From Hyphomicrobiales bacterium (GTDB taxonomy: Bacteria > Pseudomonadota > Alphaproteobacteria > JAPOUT01): a DNA stretch of 64,000 bases. The notes beneath the pieces are model-generated. The model saw nothing but the letters and a program-made list of their open reading frames with translations, had not been told where the DNA came from and did not search any database. Positions 59,363 through 64,000 of this stretch are shown here, piece by piece (within the stretch, counting starts at the first letter, position 1; every line of letters begins with the position of its first letter). Made by a program: the position numbers and the translations under genes. The stretch spans positions 1,921 through 65,920 of the forward strand of contig JAPOUT010000109.1 in assembly GCA_026708545.1 (NCBI GenBank), read 5' to 3'.

Positions 59363-60906
59363 TGGAGCATTTTTATATTACCACCGCAATTTCATACCCG
59401 AACGGACCTCCGCACATCGGTCACGCCTATGAAGTAATTGCAACGGATGCAATTGCCCGTTTTTGGCGCCTGGATGGTCGACGAGTGATGTTCCTTACTG
59501 GCACCGACGACCATGGACAAAAAATGTATCAGACAGCTCGAGAGCAGGGGATATCGCCGCAAGAAGTTGCTGACACAATGGTTCCGCGTTTTGTCGATAT
59601 GACTCGTTGCCTGAATATTTCGAACGATGACTTCATCCGCACTTCGGAACAACGGCACCATCTCGCCGTCCAAGAATTATGGCGCCGCATGGAATCCAAC
59701 GGAGATATTTACCTGGGTTCTTATAACGGGTGGTATTCGGTTCGTGATGAGCAGTTCTTTACTAAAGACGAGTTGGATGCTGATGGGGAGGGAGGCTTTC
59801 AAACGAAGGCTGGCACTAAGGTCGAGTGGCTCGAGGAGGAAAGTTACTTTTTCCGTCTGTCCAAATATCAAGAGCCATTGTTGAAGCATTTTCATGAAAA
59901 CCCCGACTTCGTTATGCCGGAATCTCGCCGCAATGAGATGTTGCGTTTTATTGAATCCGGCTTGCATGACTTGTCACTTTCACGCACGAGTTTTTCGTGG
60001 GGTGTCCCGGTTCCGGATAACCCCAAACATATTGTATATGTGTGGGCGGATGCGTTGACGAATTACATTAGTGCTCTGGGTTATCCCAATGCGAGTGACG
60101 AACGTTTTGAAAGTTTTTGGCCCGCGAGTGTTCACCTAATCGGCAAAGACATTGTGCGGTTTCACTCCATCTATTGGCCTGCATTTTTGATGTCTGCGGG
60201 GCTGCCTTTACCGAAACGAATTTTCTCCCATGGATTTTTACTGGCTCGGGGTGGCGAGAAGATGTCAAAGTCGTTGGGCAATGTCGTTGATCCGTTTGTG
60301 ATGGCGGAGACGTATGGTGTCGATGCAATGCGTTACTTCTTCCTGCGTGAAGTTCCTTTTGGCGAAGACGGTAGCTATGATCATGAAGCAATGGTTCGCC
60401 GAATAGACTCGGAACTTTCAAACGACTTTGGCAATTTGGCGCAACGTTCCTTGTCGATGATTGCGAAGAACTGCGAGAGCAAGGTGCCGGAACCTTCGCA
60501 ACTGCAAGAAGAGGACGAAGCGTTACTTTCGAAGGCGGACGGTCTTGTTGAAAGGTCGCGTGCGCATGTACAGGAACAGCGACTGCATCTGCTGACGTCG
60601 GAAATTATCGAGTTAATAGGCGAGGCTAACCGCTATTTTTCCGCTCAGGAACCCTGGGCTCTCCGCAAGACGGATCCTGTACGCATGTCGACTGTGTTGT
60701 ATGTGACAGCCGAGATTGTGCGTCAAGCAGCGTTGGTCGGGCAGGCATTGATGCCGCTTTCATGCACAAAGATGCTGAATCTGCTCGGCGTTGCGGATAA
60801 TACTCGCGATTTCACCTTTGCAGGTGCGCGTGGAAGGCTTGTACCGGGAACGTCTCTACCGACACCCGAAGTTGTTTTTCCGCGCTTTCCCCGGGGGAAA
60901 GATTAA
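59359..60906 (+). CDS. metG: methionine--tRNA ligase
   Basis: HIGH (PNGPPHIGH) and KMSKS motifs. Confidence 0.95.
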   Translation: MMEHFYITTAISYPNGPPHIGHAYEVIATDAIARFWRLDGRRVMFLTGTDDHGQKMYQTAREQGISPQEVADTMVPRFVDMTRCLNISNDDFIRTSEQRHHLAVQELWRRMESNGDIYLGSYNGWYSVRDEQFFTKDELDADGEGGFQTKAGTKVEWLEEESYFFRLSKYQEPLLKHFHENPDFVMPESRRNEMLRFIESGLHDLSLSRTSFSWGVPVPDNPKHIVYVWADALTNYISALGYPNASDERFESFWPASVHLIGKDIVRFHSIYWPAFLMSAGLPLPKRIFSHGFLLARGGEKMSKSLGNVVDPFVMAETYGVDAMRYFFLREVPFGEDGSYDHEAMVRRIDSELSNDFGNLAQRSLSMIAKNCESKVPEPSQLQEEDEALLSKADGLVERSRAHVQEQRLHLLTSEIIELIGEANRYFSAQEPWALRKTDPVRMSTVLYVTAEIVRQAALVGQALMPLSCTKMLNLLGVADNTRDFTFAGARGRLVPGTSLPTPEVVFPRFPRGKD

Positions 60907-61686
60907 ATGTTGGTGGATAGCCATTGCCATTTAAATATGGACGCATTCACTGATGATGTCGAAATGGTGGTTGCTCGTGCACACGCGGCAGGGGTGGAGC
61001 GACTCGTTACGATATGTACACGGTTGGATGAGTTTGCCCAAGTGGTTGCCATTGCTGAACGCTTTGAGGGTGTATATTGTTCCGTGGGCGTTCATCCTCA
61101 CGAAGTTGCCAAAGAGGAGGTCGTCACCGTCGAGCGTATTATGGAGCTTGCACGCCATCCCAAGACTGTTGCTATCGGCGAGACGGGGCTTGATTACTAC
61201 TATGAACATTCTCCGCGTGAGGTGCAGCAACGAAGCTTTCGCGCCCATATCGATGCGGCGCGCCGAAGTGGATTACCGCTTGTCATTCATAGCCGCCAGG
61301 CTGACGAGGACATGGAGACGATTTTACGTGAAGAAAATGAGAAGGGAGCGTTTCCTGCAGTGCTCCATTGCTTTAGTTCGGGAGAACAACTTGCACATAC
61401 CGCTGTTGAATTGGGAATATATATATCGCTTTCGGGAATTGTGACTTTTTCTAAGGCGGAAGAGTTACGTGACATTGTCACTAGAATTCCCGCTGAGTAT
61501 ATCCTTGTCGAAACCGATTCACCCTATCTTGCGCCGATACCACACCGGGGTAAACGCAACGAACCCGCTTTTGTCATACACACAGCTGCGAAGGGAGCGC
61601 AATTGCTGGGGATGGAAGAAAAAGCGTTTGCTCGGCAGACCAGTGATAATTTTTACCGTTTGTTTTCGAAGGTCGCGCGGGCATGA
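60907..61686 (+). CDS. TatD family deoxyribonuclease/hydrolase
   Basis: MLVDSHCHL N-terminus, metal-binding His/Glu pattern of TatD. Confidence 0.85.
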   Translation: MLVDSHCHLNMDAFTDDVEMVVARAHAAGVERLVTICTRLDEFAQVVAIAERFEGVYCSVGVHPHEVAKEEVVTVERIMELARHPKTVAIGETGLDYYYEHSPREVQQRSFRAHIDAARRSGLPLVIHSRQADEDMETILREENEKGAFPAVLHCFSSGEQLAHTAVELGIYISLSGIVTFSKAEELRDIVTRIPAEYILVETDSPYLAPIPHRGKRNEPAFVIHTAAKGAQLLGMEEKAFARQTSDNFYRLFSKVARA

Positions 61687-62486
61687 GTCTGCGTGTGCGG
61701 ATTCTAGGTTGTGGTTCATCCGGGGGAGTCCCGAGAATCGGGGGAGACTGGGGTGTTTGCGATCCTGACGAGCCACGCAATCAAAGGCGTCGCTGTTCTA
61801 TACTGCTGGAGAAAACCGGTGCGAACGGTAAGACCACCGTCCTCATCGATACTTCTCCGGATCTTCGGATGCAATTGCTGGATGCTGGTGTCACCCGCCT
61901 TGATGCTGTCGCTTATACGCATGACCATGCCGACCAAACTCATGGCATCGATGATTTGCGTGCGTTGTATCTGCGTAATGGCGAGATGATGGATGCATAT
62001 ATGGATAGCGTTACACGTAAGCAACTCTTCACGCGCTTTGCTTATTGCTTCGAGAAAATTGAAAAAAGTGATTATCGTCCCATTCTAAGGGCACATGAAA
62101 TCCGTGTAGATGAAAAATGGAATATTGAAGGGGGAGGGGGCACTATAGCCCTGCAGGCCTTCGACCAAATTCACGGCAAAATCCATTCACTCGGGTTCCG
62201 CTGTGGACCGGTTGCCTATAGTAGCGACGTGAACATACTGCCGGAGGAAAGTTTTCGTGCCCTCGAAGGCATCGACACTTGGATTGTTGACGCTCTTCGG
62301 CACACTCCGCATCCAACTCATGCCAACGTTGAGACTGCTCTTGAGTGGATTGGAAGGGTCCAACCGAGGCGTGGAATTCTTACCAACCTGCATGTCGACC
62401 TTGATTATGCCGCGCTCGCACGCTCGCTTCCCCAGGGTGTCGAGCCGGCGTATGACGGAATGGAACTCGTTTTTGAAGAAATCTAG
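61683..62486 (+). CDS. MBL-fold metallo-hydrolase
   Basis: HxHxDH motif (YTHDHADQTHG). Confidence 0.8.
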   Translation: MSLRVRILGCGSSGGVPRIGGDWGVCDPDEPRNQRRRCSILLEKTGANGKTTVLIDTSPDLRMQLLDAGVTRLDAVAYTHDHADQTHGIDDLRALYLRNGEMMDAYMDSVTRKQLFTRFAYCFEKIEKSDYRPILRAHEIRVDEKWNIEGGGGTIALQAFDQIHGKIHSLGFRCGPVAYSSDVNILPEESFRALEGIDTWIVDALRHTPHPTHANVETALEWIGRVQPRRGILTNLHVDLDYAALARSLPQGVEPAYDGMELVFEEI

Positions 62487-62626
62487 GCGACGAGGGCAAA
62501 CTCGGTGCTCCAAATTCAGTGCGATTCTCGCTCCATTTTCCTTTATCATTTTTGCGCAGAATACATATTATGGGAAATAAATAAGCAATCTCATATGAAA
62601 ATTTGTTTATAACCTACTGAAAACAA

Positions 62627-63958
62627 TCAATTTTCTTCCAATCTCCTTACCACACTCGGAAACCTCTTGAAGAGACTTCCTAACGCTGCTGAACTCAATG
62701 CCACGCGCAGATGAACCCGTCCGCGGGCATCACGCTCCTGCGATTCGATATGCCCATGGCGATACAGCCATGCTCGGCAAGCCTCCTCTTCAGGTTCCAA
62801 CCGTAGCGTGATACCTCGAGACAGGCGGGAAATCCGCCCTCTCAACAACTGTGACAAATTCTTGAATCCCTCGCCCGTTAGCGCAGAGATCAAACAAGCG
62901 TTACCTTCGCGCCTCGACTGATTCTCCAGCAGAATGCGCGTCGCTTCATCTGCCGCATCCATCTTGTTATAGACATGAACAATCCGCTCCCCCCAATCCT
63001 CACCAATCCCCAAACTCCGCAGAATCTCCTCGACATTCTCGCCTTGACGGCAACGCTCATCATCGCTTTGAGAAGCATCATGGACGTGTAGTAAAATATC
63101 CGCCTCAACAATCTCTTCTAGCGTCGCGCGAAACGACATCACCAAATCCGTCGGCAAGTTACGAATGAATCCAACTGTGTCTGACAAGAGAAACCTGCCG
63201 ACACCATCCATCTCAATGCCTCGAACAGTCGGGTCCAATGTTGCAAACAGCATGTTGCGTGCTAAAACATTCGATGCGCTCAGCCGGTTGAATAATGTCG
63301 ACTTGCCACAGTTGGTATAACCTACCAATGACACTAACGGCAAATCCTTCTTATTTCGTTTTTTCCGATGCTCCCGGCGCGTGCGCCTAACATTTTCTAA
63401 TTGTCGCGATAATCTCGAAATCCGTTGTTGCAACAAACGACGGTCCGCCTCTATCTGGGTCTCTCCTGGTCCACCGACAAAGCCTAATCCACCACGCTGC
63501 CGTTCTAAATGGGTCCATCCGCGAACTAGTCGTGTTTTCTGATAAGTCAGGCGCGCCAATTCAACTTGCAAGCGTCCCTCGCGCGAACGCGCACGAGCCG
63601 CAAATATCTCTAGTATCAATCCAGTACGGTCGAGCACCTTCACACTCCAAGCACGCTCAAGATTGCGTTGTTGTATTGGTGATAAGTCCGCATCCACAAC
63701 CGCCAACGTAATTCTTTCCCGCGAAAACCTCGCTCCTAATTCCGAAACCTTCCCCGAACCTAGCAAAGTTGACGAACGTGCCTTAATAATTTTCACACGC
63801 TCGACGCAAACGATGTCAAGATTAATCGCACGAGCCAATGCAACACTCTCTTCCATTTCGCCGTGTCCATGCGGCCTGCCTACAAACGCACAGGAGATAA
63901 TATATGCGCGAGTTCCATCCTCTTCGTATTCGATTCCGCCGCTATTCATGCTCGCCAA
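62627..63958 (-). CDS. hflX: GTPase HflX
   Basis: HflX N-domain then G-domain (GYTNCGKSTLFN, DTVGF, NKMD). Confidence 0.85.
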   Translation of the reverse strand: MASMNSGGIEYEEDGTRAYIISCAFVGRPHGHGEMEESVALARAINLDIVCVERVKIIKARSSTLLGSGKVSELGARFSRERITLAVVDADLSPIQQRNLERAWSVKVLDRTGLILEIFAARARSREGRLQVELARLTYQKTRLVRGWTHLERQRGGLGFVGGPGETQIEADRRLLQQRISRLSRQLENVRRTRREHRKKRNKKDLPLVSLVGYTNCGKSTLFNRLSASNVLARNMLFATLDPTVRGIEMDGVGRFLLSDTVGFIRNLPTDLVMSFRATLEEIVEADILLHVHDASQSDDERCRQGENVEEILRSLGIGEDWGERIVHVYNKMDAADEATRILLENQSRREGNACLISALTGEGFKNLSQLLRGRISRLSRGITLRLEPEEEACRAWLYRHGHIESQERDARGRVHLRVALSSAALGSLFKRFPSVVRRLEEN

Positions 63959-64000
63959 TACGTTGGCAGAAATAATCCCAATAACAATAATATCTCGACT

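Overview
This 64-kb window is a chromosomal segment with alphaproteobacterial-type synteny and roughly 50-65% GC. From start to end it contains:

- **1-8.3 kb:** a lower-GC catabolic cluster with an Opp/Dpp-type peptide ABC transporter (SBP tail, two permeases, two ATPases), an amidohydrolase, RidA, a divergent IclR regulator and a SelA/DgaE-like PLP enzyme.
- **8.3-10.2 kb:** a ~45% GC islet carrying a single Pif1-family helicase with a C-terminal WYL domain.
- **10.2-19.3 kb:** a GS-family enzyme, an NAD-dependent epimerase, a LonC-type Lon-like protease with degenerate Walker motifs coupled to a tandem-USP-like gene, and an oxidative-stress cluster (CCG Fe-S protein + DUF3501, rubrerythrin, Fur/PerR-family regulator, zf-CHCC protein).
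- **19.4-35.6 kb:** core blocks ffh-rpsP-rimM-trmD-rplS-nagZ-scpAB, tatABC-serS-surE-M23 peptidase, and DUF815/yajC-secDF.
- **35.6-48.8 kb:** an isolated atpDC pair, nrdR-ribDEBH-nusB-thiL, hppA, bamE, yceD-plsX-fabH, and ihfA-merR followed by tRNA-Pro(GGG).
- **48.86-49.96 kb:** a non-coding hub. It holds an ~87% identical 69-nt direct repeat beginning at the tRNA-Pro 3' end (att-like scar), a palindromic terminator, an A16 tract, and a minus-strand tRNA-Thr(GGU) gene split in its anticodon loop by a ~210-nt group I intron.
- **49.96-64 kb:** murA-DUF2948-hisD-UPF0262-LMW-PTP, a class-III aminotransferase, rlpA-dacC-tmk-holB-metG-tatD, an MBL hydrolase and hflX.

The most notable feature is the intron-containing tRNA-Thr(GGU). 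Its intron core matches conserved strings of the Azoarcus tRNA-Ile(CAU) group IC3 intron as I recall it.

No CRISPR arrays or obvious transposons were seen. All family assignments are from motif recognition without database searches.
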